From positions 19,594,001-19,658,000 of the forward strand of contig OZ249436.1 in the NCBI GenBank assembly GCA_965235115.1: a stretch of 64,000 nt of DNA. The letters are read 5' to 3'. Below are positions 50,467 to 62,600 of the stretch, in pieces. Positions within the stretch are counted from its first letter, which is position 1. Every line of letters starts with the position of its first letter. The translations under genes were made by a program, and so were the position numbers. Under the pieces are notes generated by a model. It saw only the letters and a list, made by a program, of their open reading frames with translations, was not told the DNA's origin and did not search any database. Source of the stretch: Laetmonice hystrix. Lineage: Eukaryota.

Positions 50467-51749
50467 CAAAGACTTAATTAACGAATTGGACCGTGACCGT
50501 GCCGTTGGTCTCAGGACCAACACAGCGGACTTGTGAAGACAAGAAGACTCTAAGGACGGCATATGGTAGGGTAAAGAAGGGTGCTCCGAGTGGAAGTGCC
50601 CCTGGCAGCTCCAGACAAATGCATATTTACAAACGTATGCAATTCTTTCGTCCCCATAACCGTTGCCGTCACACAAGATCCACTCTCTCCACTCGTGTAG
50701 TCCCTTAGAAATCCTCCCAAAAAAAGAAAGAAAAAAGAAAAGAAAACAAACGTCTCAAATATCCGTCCTCCAGGAATCACAGTGTGGCCAAAAGGCCTAT
50801 ACATTTGTATAATATCATAAAATAATAATAATTTCGAACTAGACAACTTCAACCCCCCCCCCCCCTGAAAAAATCCTGGATCCGGCCCTGATATGGAAGA
50901 CCTATTAAAGCCATACCCCTCCCGTAAAAGGAAATAATGCGCCTGACCCCACACCCTCTCCCTCAACAAGTGGCTTAACGAATGCAAAAAACAGTTTTAA
51001 ATGTGGATTGTTCCCTAAGCAAAAATATGCCTGCATCCCTGAAAAGAAAAGCCATTGAGAACCAAGAAAGAAGAAGACAGACTGTGAATGCTGAACCCAC
51101 ACGCAAGAAAGGGTGTTCGAGGACGAAAGGAGAGAAAAACGAATCAGCTTTATATATTGAGGGAAAACGGCCAAAACATTGGAGAGAATGTTTCAATCTG
51201 TAGAGGAATCCCTGAACAAACTCGATTCACCTAAAACACCCAACGAAAAATGGTGTCAGGTGATCCTACAGAGGCTTAACAGGATGGGTGAAAACGTAAG
51301 TAAAAAATTAATTTGTTTTTATTTATCCTGGCAACCTTCAGCTCACTGCTGATGTTCTAGGGTTACCAGCTTGCTGGATTTCGTGTGTCCCATTCTCTTC
51401 AGGTACGTGTGAGACCTGGCCCAGATTGAAATTCTGATCTGGGCCGGCCCATGAACAACACCACAGTTTTCAGACTCACACCAGCTTCAAAGGGAACCCT
51501 ACACTTTCGGCTGTTTAGAGCCTGGGAACATAGGTATAGTAAACATACATTCTGGTAGGTATGAAGGAATCCAGAGGAAACGGTCATATAATTCCGAATA
51601 TTAGGCCTATCACAGTCCTAAACTGGTTTCACTACCTTTAACTTCTAAAAGTGTATTTTTACACTAAAACTCTGCCGAGATCAGAAAAACATCCATTCTG
51701 TCGCTCGAGGATTCCTATGTGATTAAAGTGGATATACTGACTTTATAAT

Positions 51750-52000
51750 TCCAGATGGGTTCTGATCTGGGCCAGCAGGTATCCAATCTGATCAGAATTC
51801 CAATCCCGGCCGACCCGATTCCGAACTGGGCCGGCCGAGTTCGGAATCCCATTCTAGGCCGGCCTGGAATAGAATTCCAATCCCGGCCGGCCCGATTCCG
51901 AACTGGGCCGGCCGAGATCGGAATCCCATTCTGGGCCGGCCCAGATTGGAATTCCGATCTGGGCTGGCCCAGTTCGGAATCGGGCCGGATTCCAATCTCG
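51750..52000. repeat. GGCCGGCCC / GAATTCC / ATTCCGAACTGG repeat cluster with inverted organisation
   Basis: Two ~65-bp direct repeats followed by an inverted partial copy; related motif at 51417-51450. Confidence 0.7.
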
Positions 52001-52768
52001 TCCGTGACATATATATTCAAGATCCTTCATCTGGAAAACTCTACCGTGACATCAGCCATGACACAATGTAAACGGTATATCTCATTGAGACAATATAGTT
52101 ATGATTTCCCGTGATACCAACGACATCTTTTTTCAAGTAAAGATGCAATAAAGAAATAAATCGTTAAGTACAGAATTGAAAAGTTGCAATAGTTGCAATC
52201 TTGAATAGCACGACTAAGATCGCAGTGTGTCCATATACCCCCGTCAGCATTCTTGCCTTCTGCTCCCACATCACAGCACAAAATCTCATAATTTGCATCA
52301 ACAACAGCAAGTGGTACAAATGAAAAGAAATGTTTAGGTATGTTGAGAAATTAGATTTGAACTATGTGCCTGTGTCGACTATTTACTACTCTCTACATCC
52401 GCGATGCCGCTTACACGACTTTGCGCAAATCCTGGGGAAATGGCCGCTTCGTACATCCGAAGCCTGGTTCGCCTCCGCATATGACCTAAAAACAGCCAGT
52501 CAGAAGTAGCGTCGGTGTTCCGAGTGACTCACTCAGGATAGGATATGGGTATCATTGTTAGCTTTCATTTGTGTGTGCAAGTTAGAGATTTTGTGATTGT
52601 GAATGGTAGTAATAGGGGCCTGTGTGAATATAGCTTTGGGTTCATTGTTCATTCTTGGTTTTATTGCTAGAGCAAACTTCATAAACTGTCTCATTATTAG
52701 CTTTGTATACAAAGCTAATAATGAATCCGTTTAAAAGAAGTTTGTAATAGGGCCTATAGACGTCTGAT

Positions 52769-53411
52769 GGACGCGATCCACTTGCGTTGCGATGGCTTCC
52801 GCGCGTCTACGATTTTTTTTTGTCCTGGAAGATGTGTCCTGCGACCATGAGACTGTTGTGCGACCGGTCGCACCTCATCTTGCAACGTTGTGCGACCATT
52901 GCGCGAGTCTATGCATGCATTGAAAGGAGAAGTCGTCGTCATGGCGGCCTGAGCGATCGCATGCTCGTGCAACAGGTCTCCCCTAAACGTGCGAGCGATC
53001 GCATGCTCGCACGACCAGTCGCACGAGCATGCGATCGCTCGCACTGGTTGCACGAGTGAAGTCAGCTCGCTTGCAATGGATCGTGCAACACTCGCATGTG
53101 GACGCACGATCGATCGCACGAGCGTATGCAACTGAGTCGTGCAACACTCGCATGTGGACGCACGAACACGATCGCATTTGTGAAAGCTACTGCGATTCAG
53201 TTGCGATTCAAAACTTTTTTGGACGATCGCACGACCGGTTTGGCCATTTCGGTCGCAATTGATCGTGCGCCAATTGTGAAAGGTGCTTTAGGAGGTCCCG
53301 AGAGCGCTCTGGCACTCGTAAGACGTCTGAAGCCCTCGGAACACTCGTGAACTCTCGTAATGCGTGATTCACTGCAATCGGAAAACATCGCAACGCAAGT
53401 GGATCACGTCC
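52769..53411. mobile_element. MITE with 25-bp TIRs enclosing a CGATCGC-rich repeat element
   Basis: GGACGCGATCCACTTGCGTTGCGAT / ATCGCAACGCAAGTGGATCACGTCC. Confidence 0.75.
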
Positions 53412-53649
53412 TTAAGTATGTTTTAACCCCCAGACTTTTGCTGTCTGCTGGGCTCGATTCGAGATTACGCATAGGCCTACACGAGGCCAATATCGTAGGG
53501 CATATACATTTATGAAGAAGTTATAAATACATGTAAGTTTATTTTCGTACATTTTCTTTGCAGCAACAGGGAGTTAGGAAGGAGGAAATAATATTTTACT
53601 GATCCAGTGGTCACACATCAGGATTTCTCGCCGGGGGGGGGGGGGGTCG

Positions 53650-53965
53650 ACGATGTGGCGGACAAAGAACAAAGTGACGAGCGACCAGCCGAGGAGATCC
53701 ACGTTGGTTGCACCCGAATGGCCCACAGCAACTTGGTTTACAAGGCTTCAGTCAATAGCGACAAGACAGTGACGAATAGGAAGAAAGGGGAAGAACGTCC
53801 AGCTCAACAAAGGCGTGCCTCAGGACCTGTACGTAAAGAGAATTCCCTTGATTGTTTCCGAACTTTAGAATCCAAACAGGTGTCGGAAGAGGGTTGAGAC
53901 AGGGACACAGCCCAGTTCTGGGTGGATAGCTGGCAACCAAACACCAAGAAAGTGTATAACACCTG
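53650..53965 (+). mobile_element. DIRS-like retroelement fragment: end of pol and start of the tyrosine recombinase ORF
   Basis: TLVAPEWPTATWFTRL (LxAPxWPxxxWF motif) followed in another frame by EEG*DRDTAQFWVDSWQPNTKKVYN (SWxxxTxxxY motif). Confidence 0.6.
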
Positions 53966-54767
53966 AATTTTTGGGACATTGGGGGCCATTTTTAAAGTTC
54001 GTATTGGGAATTTACAAATGGATGATCAAGGCGTTTTGATTAGGCAAGGGTCTTGCCAAAGACTGAACCTTCGTTTGACCTTCGCTTCTCAATAATCATC
54101 CAAGGATAAGCGATTTGATCTATATTCGTTGAATCACATTACCTTGAAGTTTTCAATGTGCAGTGGTCAGTTTAGCTATCTATGGCTACAACTTCTAAAC
54201 AGTCCCAGATAGGGCCATAGTTACTATTGAAAACGAATAGGAATGCTCTTTCATTTGGCACCATTATTTTTCAGGTCACGTGACCTGTGAAGTCATAACA
54301 ATGGCATGCATATTTTCTCAGGGATATAACTTATTAATGGTTGAGGTTAGAACCAGAGTTACTATTAAACAATAATAGGAAGGATGATGGATCGGGGATG
54401 GGATCCATTGTGGTATAACCACAACGTATCTAGTTGTGTATTCTCCATGCTTAAGAATATGGGGGGGGGGGGGGGACAATTCTGCTCTCTCGTCTGCTCT
54501 TGCTTGTTTCTGGCCAACGAGGACAGGTGGCTCTGGCACTTTCAGTTGACAGAATGCAAAACCCGTTTGTTGATCCATCCCCGGACCCAAAATTTATGTT
54601 TTATTTTTTGTCCTCTTTCCTCTTCTTCTATTTCTTGTTCCTCAACTTCGGCCAAAAAGGCGAAGGTGAGGGCAACCAGTGCAACCTCTGACGATCGGAA
54701 GAGCTCTTAAGACCCTATACTGGCTATAGGCCTACAATATGCTTTCCGATTTTCTTACGAGTGCTTA

Positions 54768-55575
54768 AGCTGTATCCTCACTGGACGCGTGCGACGCGAG
54801 CGACGCGAGCGACGCGTTTTTTAAAGAAGTAATGGAAATGAATGGAGCGCGTCACAAAATATGTCGCGCGCGGCCGTGCAGATGGCTCCATTCATTTCCA
54901 TTACTTCTAAAATAAACGCGCGCGTCGCTCGCGTCGCACGCGTCCAGTGAGGATACAGCTTTAAGCTGTATCCCCACTGGACGCGTGCGACGCGCGCGAC
55001 GCGTGCGATGCGTGCGACGCGATCTTTTTTCTATCTTCACCAGATGCGCGTGATACGTCTGCGTATAGGCTACGGGCCTGGGAACATATAGGTATTTACA
55101 TTATGCGCGTCTATCAATTGCGGGTCCAGGATATCACTAAAGCCTAAAGGGGGAGGGGGCACAGGAAAACAATTCATAATTGTTTGCATTACGAATTAAA
55201 GCTCATGCTCTTGAATGAGCGTTCTAGAGGTATAGGCCTACATAATAGCCCGGGGTTTCCCTGAGATACACCGTCAGTGTTAAAATTAATTAAAAATGAG
55301 TAGGCTATAGGCGTGTATAGGTGTATATTAGTCTCTTGACGCTCTTGAACAAAGTTCAAGGTCGTAGATCTCACTTCTGATTCGTCAAGATGTCTTTTGT
55401 CGCGCGCGTAGCGCGACAAAAATAGAACCAGTCCTATCTGTGTCGCGACGCGCGCGTCACAAAAAATGACGCGCGCGTCGCGCGCGGCCAGTGCAGATGG
55501 CTCAATTCATTTTCATTACTTCTAAAAAAAACGCGCGCGTCGCTCGCGTCGCACGCGTCCAGTGAGGATACAGCT
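54768..55575. mobile_element. Two adjacent PIF/Harbinger-like MITEs of one family (54768-54960, 54964-55575)
   Basis: TIR AGCTGTATCCYCACTGGACGCGTGCGACGCG; arrangement TTA-element-TTA-element-TGA. Confidence 0.85.
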
Positions 55576-58468
55576 TGACGCGGGTTACGCAAGCCTACGA
55601 TTCCTTAAAGGAGAAGACCAGTCAAAAATCACATTTGGACAGCTGCAAGGCCTCTATATGCACTCACCTTTCAGAGTAGTGGTTGGAAATAAATATCCCC
55701 CCATTCCAAGAAGTCATATGTTGAACATGACAACCCTGTCAAAATCACTGCTTCAGCCATTAATGTTGCTATTCGGCTGGCCGGAAGTGACGTTCCGGGG
55801 CTAATCTATTGTATGCAGGGGCTAGGCTAGACTAGACTAAAGTAAAGGCAGCCGGGGGGGGGGGGGTCGGCAAAATTAACGGGAGTCAGTCCCACAGTCA
55901 CAGTCACAACTAAAACAGGTCTGTGCTGAAGTGACCACAAGAGTCTGACACTCAGCACCCGCCCGCGGTCGAAGCAACGGTCAGGGCCCGGCCCAGTCGC
56001 CTGCGGGTGCCGTCAACATCACGAATGCAGGCGGCCGAAACCCACGGCTGGAGCTTGCCGAGATCCGTGTCCACCCTGATATAGGCCTATCCCCTGACAT
56101 CGGTCGGCTTAATTCCTAGCCAATCCTCTTTACTATGATCGGTAGTTTTCGTCTATGTTCTAACAAATTTTGCTTATATAAGCTGTCAACATTCGCTCAT
56201 AGACCATACAGCATGGTCTCTGGTTCGCTCAACGCGACATGGAACCGAACAGTGTCAATTTAGCACATAGAATGTTTCTTATTGACACCGACATCACGAT
56301 CCACGTGCCTATTTAACAATAGCCTAATTTGGGGGCTAAACTTTCCCTAAAGTGAAAACTAACACTAACCCTAGGCCTAACCTTTACCCTAAGCGAAACA
56401 CACTGTCCCGCATCTCGCATGTCGTCGCCGGTATTCCATAGGTGCGTCAGTTTTTCGTTCCTCCCAAACTGGAGAGCAGTGGTTGGAGCATGCGCAATGT
56501 CAGATTAGACCAAGAGATTAGCCCAAGCAGACAGCTATGGCCGCCATGACCAGCGGAGCAGGTTCTAAGCAGGCTCCGGCACTGAAGTGCTTATATCTTA
56601 ACTATTTGAGCACCAATTGTGTTCAAATATTTTTTAACTTGCTTAGAATATCACGGCCTGTGTGCCTGGCCTGTACAGACTGGCGATGGTCTTTTCTTTT
56701 AAAGGGCTATAATTGCACGCTTTTTAGAATCCCAATCTGGTTCTGTCCAACCCGAACTATATACATTTGCAAGGAACTGGCCTGATGCCCGACGGATGAA
56801 CGGAGACCACTTGGGACTCTTTTGCCTCGCGACTTATTCGCGGACCACGACCTGTTTACACCCCGACTGTGACGTCAGTAGCATGTTACTCTTGCGCCAA
56901 AGACGAAAGTGAGGCTCCATGCGCTTAGACAGGGGGATTCCCCAACATGTGCTCAGTTGTAAAATAAACAGACATTCGTACTTTCGTCTCATATACTTGC
57001 TGGAACGGACGGGACGTCCCTTAGCTTAGGCCTATCTTCTGCGATACTCCAACAAGTCAGAGTTTAGTCCTTACATCCATACGGACTCTGACCGTCGAGT
57101 ACAAATAGGCCTAGTCTACACCAGGCTGACAGCGACTGCTAAAGTGCTATCCTGCCGGGGTTCTATATCTCGGTCCTATCACGCAACATCGCTTCAAAGT
57201 ACTTTTAGCGCTGAAACTTGCTGAGGGTACACAAAAGAGGTTACTTCAACAGATACGTAAATGTATTTTGTTGGATGTTATCTTAGTAGGTGAAATTCTC
57301 TGTTTGTTCAAATACAGCGCAGCACCGGCGACGACTGGGTGCCCGACCTCTAGATCTATACTATAGACTAACGTTAGTATGGATCCGGAACGGACAGCAT
57401 TAAGTGGGTCGCGCTACGTGTTCAAGCAGACACTGACGGCACAGAGTGAAGCAACCCGTTTCGGGTACTAGTCCTGAGCGATCTAACTTTTATCAGTTCC
57501 CGGTCACTCGGTGCGCCTCCCGATGCATTTGAGCGATGGACGCATTATTTACGGGAAGTGTTGGGAGTTGCGACACAGGTGACAATGCCGGGCTTGCTGA
57601 GATTCTACTCGACAGGTGCGATTTTAATTAGACGTTTGGTCATTGAGCCAGCCACGAAATCGGCCGGGGCTTGTAGGGGGCCTCAGCCGGTAGATAGGCA
57701 TACAATCAAAGTCGTTACCGATGCCATCTTGTCTTCAGAATGTGTCAACAAGCAGGTCACGTGACACCATGGAATTCCCCTGTCCGTTCCGAGTCCCAGT
57801 TCAAATGGCGTCTCAATGCGCAAGAACGGATTAGCCTAACGGTGCACGGCTGACGAATTCATGTTGTCCAGATTAGCGTTCCTTTCTCAGCTAAAAGGCA
57901 GGTAGGCCTACAACCTAGGATAGCGTTCTGCTTGATGTTTACAGCGTTTGGGGGAAATAGGAAATTGTCAACATTGGCTGTATTGTAATTGGTTTAATAA
58001 AGGCAGGGTAAACACCCACGGCGAATAAGGTTTCATACACCGAATGAAACACCAGCATTTAACTCAGAGCAATAAATGCCACAATTACGTTGTGAGAATG
58101 AAGTAATTAACGTAACCGCCCGATGTATGACGCCGCTGGTTCTTATCTTGACCTTCTTGTGTGTTCATCGATCAGAGCCGAATGCTGCACACCGCGGCGT
58201 ATTGCGTAACATTAGGCCTACGTGTTACTCTGCTCACAGACCTTGTCTACACGATGTTTGGAGTCCCAGTCTTTGTAAACGTTTGTAAACGTCCGAGGTG
58301 TTGAACACACTTGTAAGCAGAACAGAACAAGCCAGAACCAGCCCCCCCCCCCCCCCCCCCAGTAAAGATTGAATTTTCAATGATGAAACGGGCACATGTG
58401 CCCGGTTTCAGCTCGTCGCGGATCTCAGCCCCTCCCCCCCCCCCCCCCTCAGAAAATCCTGGCTACAC

Positions 58469-58572
58469 CGCTCAGGACCCAACCACTGCTCAGGACCCAA
58501 CCAGTGCTCAGGACCCATGCAACCACTGCTCAGGACCCAACCACTGCTCATGCAGGACCCAACCACTGCCCG
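58469..58572. repeat. 18-bp minisatellite
   Basis: Unit GCTCAGGACCCAACCACT, about 5 copies. Confidence 0.8.
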
Positions 58573-58967
58573 GGACTCACCCACTATCTATAGCCTACTC
58601 AGATCCCACCCATATTGCTCAGATTCCACCCATCCTTTGGGCATTACCGTATGCCCCAAATTCAAAAGGCATTTTGCCCCCACTATGAGGCAAAACGTCC
58701 ACGGTGCCTAGGCCTAGAATAGGCCCTATGCCTAATAGGCCTAATCCTTTCGGTAGAGCAATAGGCCTAGCCTACTGTTGTGATGTTTTGGCGGGTCAGT
58801 GCTTTGATTCAGCTACGCATCGCTGTGAATTTGGGAAGGGTCACGGGTAGCTGCCCCCCCCCCCCCCCGGCGCTGATGGGCCCCATTAGTTTTGCCCCAC
58901 CGTAACCAGTCTCGGTCACCCGACTCTCTCGGGTCTGGATGCCTCGAGACTGCACCAACATCCTTAG

Positions 58968-59104
58968 TGCTGGTTCCCAGCTTTCTCGCTAGGCGGCACT
59001 GTGGTCGACGCGGCTTCCTGACTGGTGAGCCGGGGACCAGTCAGCGCGGCTTCTCGTGTCGTGTCGACCACAGAGCCACCTAGCGATGGAGCTAGGAACC
59101 AGCA
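58968..59104. mobile_element. Imperfect hairpin MITE ~540 bp upstream of the DRG2 ATG
   Basis: TGCTGGTTCCCAGCT..TCGCTAGGCGGCACTGTGGTCGAC / GTCGACCACAGAGCCACCTAGCGA..AGCTAGGAACCAGCA. Confidence 0.7.
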
Positions 59105-59644
59105 TACTTGGAGTGCTTAGTGTGTCAAGCCTCTAAGCAAGGAGGGTCCGGCGATTCTTGATTTGTGTGGTATGTTACATGTATATTATTGTGGTAAATC
59201 TATAGCAGACCAACAAAGTGATTTTCGATTAAAGTCTAGTTTACACTTTAAGTATAAGCCAAAACGTGTCCTTTTCGACAAGTGTCAAAACGGCTCGGAC
59301 ACGTTGTATCGTGGGCGATAATATCTGAAAATAAGAACATCAGGTGGTTACCTCAGAGACAGAGCTGGTACTAGGCCCCTACTAGTGGTTGGTTTAGGTC
59401 ATATCTATGTTCTATGTCTATGGTTTAGGTGTACACTACTAACACGTAACAGTGTCGTGAATGTCAAGTTCAAAGCAGCTCTTATTCTGATACATATCGA
59501 GCAAAAGGGAGTTTATCATTGTAAATGTTAATTTTCACCATGCCATGCAATGATATGCATGGTCTATTTTTTTTTAAGCAGGAGTAGATCTAGCCTCTAG
59601 CTAGGGCATTAGGAAAAGCATTAGGCAGAGCCAAAGAAGAAAAG

Positions 59645-62600
59645 ATGGGGATCTTAGACAAAATATCAGAGATTGAAAAAGAAATTGCAAGAACCCAAAA
59701 GAATAAAGGTAAGTGTGAGATCTTAATTAACTAAACCTGCAATAATTGACATGTGCTGTTTCAGTGTTTGGTATATTTAAGTTTAAGATCTATATCTTGG
59801 GCTGAGCCCCTATCTCCCCACCCCCAAAGTGCTTCAACTCCTGCCCCCAACCCTTCCTATGGATATGAAGCTCTGACTTGTAGTTTATTCTAAGATCATC
59901 ATTGTTCATTGATTTCTCTACTAGCAACTGAATATCATTTGGGGTTGCTGAAGGCTAAACTAGCCAAGTACAGAGCACAGCTGTTGGAGCCCACAGGGAA
60001 AACAGGTGCAAAGGTAATTGTATCTTTCTTCAAATTGTTTTTTTTATATGAGATAAATTTCTTGATTCCAAACTGGGTCTTTAAACTAAAATTGCTGGTC
60101 TGTAGATTCCCGTTTCACTTCACTATTTTACTTGACTTTTACAGGGGGAAGGGTTCGATGTTATGAAATCTGGTGACGCCCGTGTGGCACTCATCGGGTT
60201 TCCATCAGTAGGAAAGGTAAGAATTTTTAGAGACCACCATTTTTCTTTACTGTCATTAAAGCTTCCTGACCCACCTAACTGGACACCCAATGATAAGCGT
60301 ACCTAAAACAGTCATTTATAATCATGCTTTATATTTTAGTCAACATTGCTGAACATCCTCACAGCCACACACAGCGAGTCTGCATCGTATGAGTTCACCA
60401 CTCTGACTTGCATCCCTGGCGTAATAGAGGTAAGGCAACGCCATGGTTTATATGCCAACTTGGTCTCCAGATGCATGTGACCATGTGAACGCCGCACCCT
60501 CGATTTATGATTAATTTGAGGAGGAAAAAAGTGTGGCTTACACACGTGAAAAAATACGGTACATTTTCTTTCAGTGGTACTAGATTTGCCTCATGATTCG
60601 CATCCGTATTGGAATGACTAGAAGCTGGAATAAATGACAAATATTAAATGTCAAATGTTATATTTGAGAACAAACTGAAATGTTTCAGTACAAAGGTGCC
60701 AATATTCAGCTGCTGGATCTGCCAGGAATTATTGAGGGTGCTGCACAAGGTTTGTAAAGTCAAGTTACTCAACCCAATCTCTATACCTCTGTACTGTCAT
60801 GCAAACATAGTTATATAACATCAGGGAACTTTCATCTAGAGTAAGTAGTAAATTATCTGTATATATGTGTGTGGTTTGTGAACAGGTAAAGGTCGAGGTC
60901 GGCAGGTGATAGCTGTGGCCCGTACAGCAGATCTTGTCGTCATGATGCTGGATGCTACCAAAAAAGATGTTCATAGGTTTGTACTTGGCAAGGATTTGAT
61001 ATTACCACTAAAACCCCAGAAAACTTGGTCTCTAGTAACTTGACATGAAATGGATTAAACCTTAAAAGGAATGATAATTTGATATATAAAGATTATCTTA
61101 TGATCATTACAAACATTGTACAGTGTAATTGGTTTTCAGAGGTTTGCTTGAAAAGGAGTTGGAAAGTGTTGGCATTCGCTTGAATAAGGCCAAACCAAAC
61201 ATATACTACAAGGTGAGATTCACAGCTTTGAGTAAGTTTCTGTTAGACAATAAATTGTACCAAATCACAAATGTGATATTTATTGTTGAAGGCTATGAAA
61301 CAGCTAGTTGTAATTGTGATATATTGTTAGTAACTTTATTATTTGAGTGCAACATTCTAAGCAAAGTAGATTAGAAAACATATTATTTGTGATTTTGTTT
61401 TTCTTACAGATAAAAAAGGGTGGGGGAATCTCATTCAACTCGATGGTGCCATTGACAAAATGTAATGAAAAACTGGTCCAACTTATTCTCCATGAGTACA
61501 GTATCCTTGCCTGAATGCACCCATATACAAACATAAAATAATATGATGTTGCTTTTGAACTGAAAGGATCTTCTCATTTACAATTCATTTATTAAAACTC
61601 GCCATTATTTGTACCAGTAAGCTACTTCTGATAACTCTGGAAGGTTAATTTTGCACTTTGGCTAAGCTTGGTGGTTATGAGAGTTTATTAATGATACAAG
61701 TGATATTTTAAATATTGGTAAGTTATTTAGTTGTGTTTGATCAAGAGATACAGGTAACAGGTATGATAATTTCATCTTTAAAGATGAAATCCTTGATTGC
61801 TGCCAGAAATCTTTAATGCAGAAGTTCTCTTCCGAGAAGACTGTACAGCAGATGACTTTATTGACGTGATCGTTGGTAACCGGGTCTATATTCCATGTCT
61901 TTATGTGAGTAAGCTTCATATTTTTAACCTGGATGGTTACTAAATGGGGGGGGGGGATCCTTTGAATGCCATGATCAGATGTTGAACCTAAACTCTACAG
62001 TTTGACCTTGAGTTTCTCTCAAATTCAAACTCAGTATTTATTTTAATTTTACTATTAATAGGAATACCAGTAGAATGATTGGTCAGCTAGAGTCAGAGCT
62101 CAGTTGGAAATGGCTGTTATAAGAAATTATCATGTTATTTTCTTCAGGTGTATAACAAAATTGATCAAATCTCCATTGAAGAGGTGGACCGAATAGCACG
62201 GATTGAAAATAGCATTGTTGTTAGGTAGGTAAAGAATGATGTGTTCGGATTTAGTTTGCCTCGCTTAATTTGTAAAACCAAATGCCAATTTCTCATTAAC
62301 CAAATTACAAGGTCTGCCAAAGGGTGTCAAAAGGTCACAATCAACTGTTAACCAAATTACCGATCCATTCTCCCAGTGACCAAGGTCTGCCAAAACGTCA
62401 CAATCATCTGTTAACCAAATCACCGGTCCATTCCCATTCTCCCAGTGACCAAGGTCTGCCAAAACGTCACAATCAACTGTTAACCAAATTACCGATACTT
62501 TCTCATCCTCCCTGTGACCAAGGTCTGCCAATACCACAGTGTTTCTAGTGTTAGATTAGTGTATTTTGTCTTCTCATACCAAACCTGAAAACCTCAGTTG

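Larger units (their letters stand above)
50470..54710. mobile_element. Fragmented, formerly autonomous PIF/Harbinger transposon: MADF/SANT-like gene (+) convergent with transposase (-), interrupted by younger insertions
   Basis: + strand 50493-50660: LRTAYGRVKKGAPSGSAP..RQMHIYKRMQFFRPH (end of MADF-like domain). - strand 52190-52340: KHFFSFVPLAVVDANYEILCCDVGAEGKNADGGIW (Harbinger DDE). - strand ~54560-54640: KIKHKFWVRGWINKR (transposase N-terminus-like). TIRs not identified. Confidence 0.65.
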
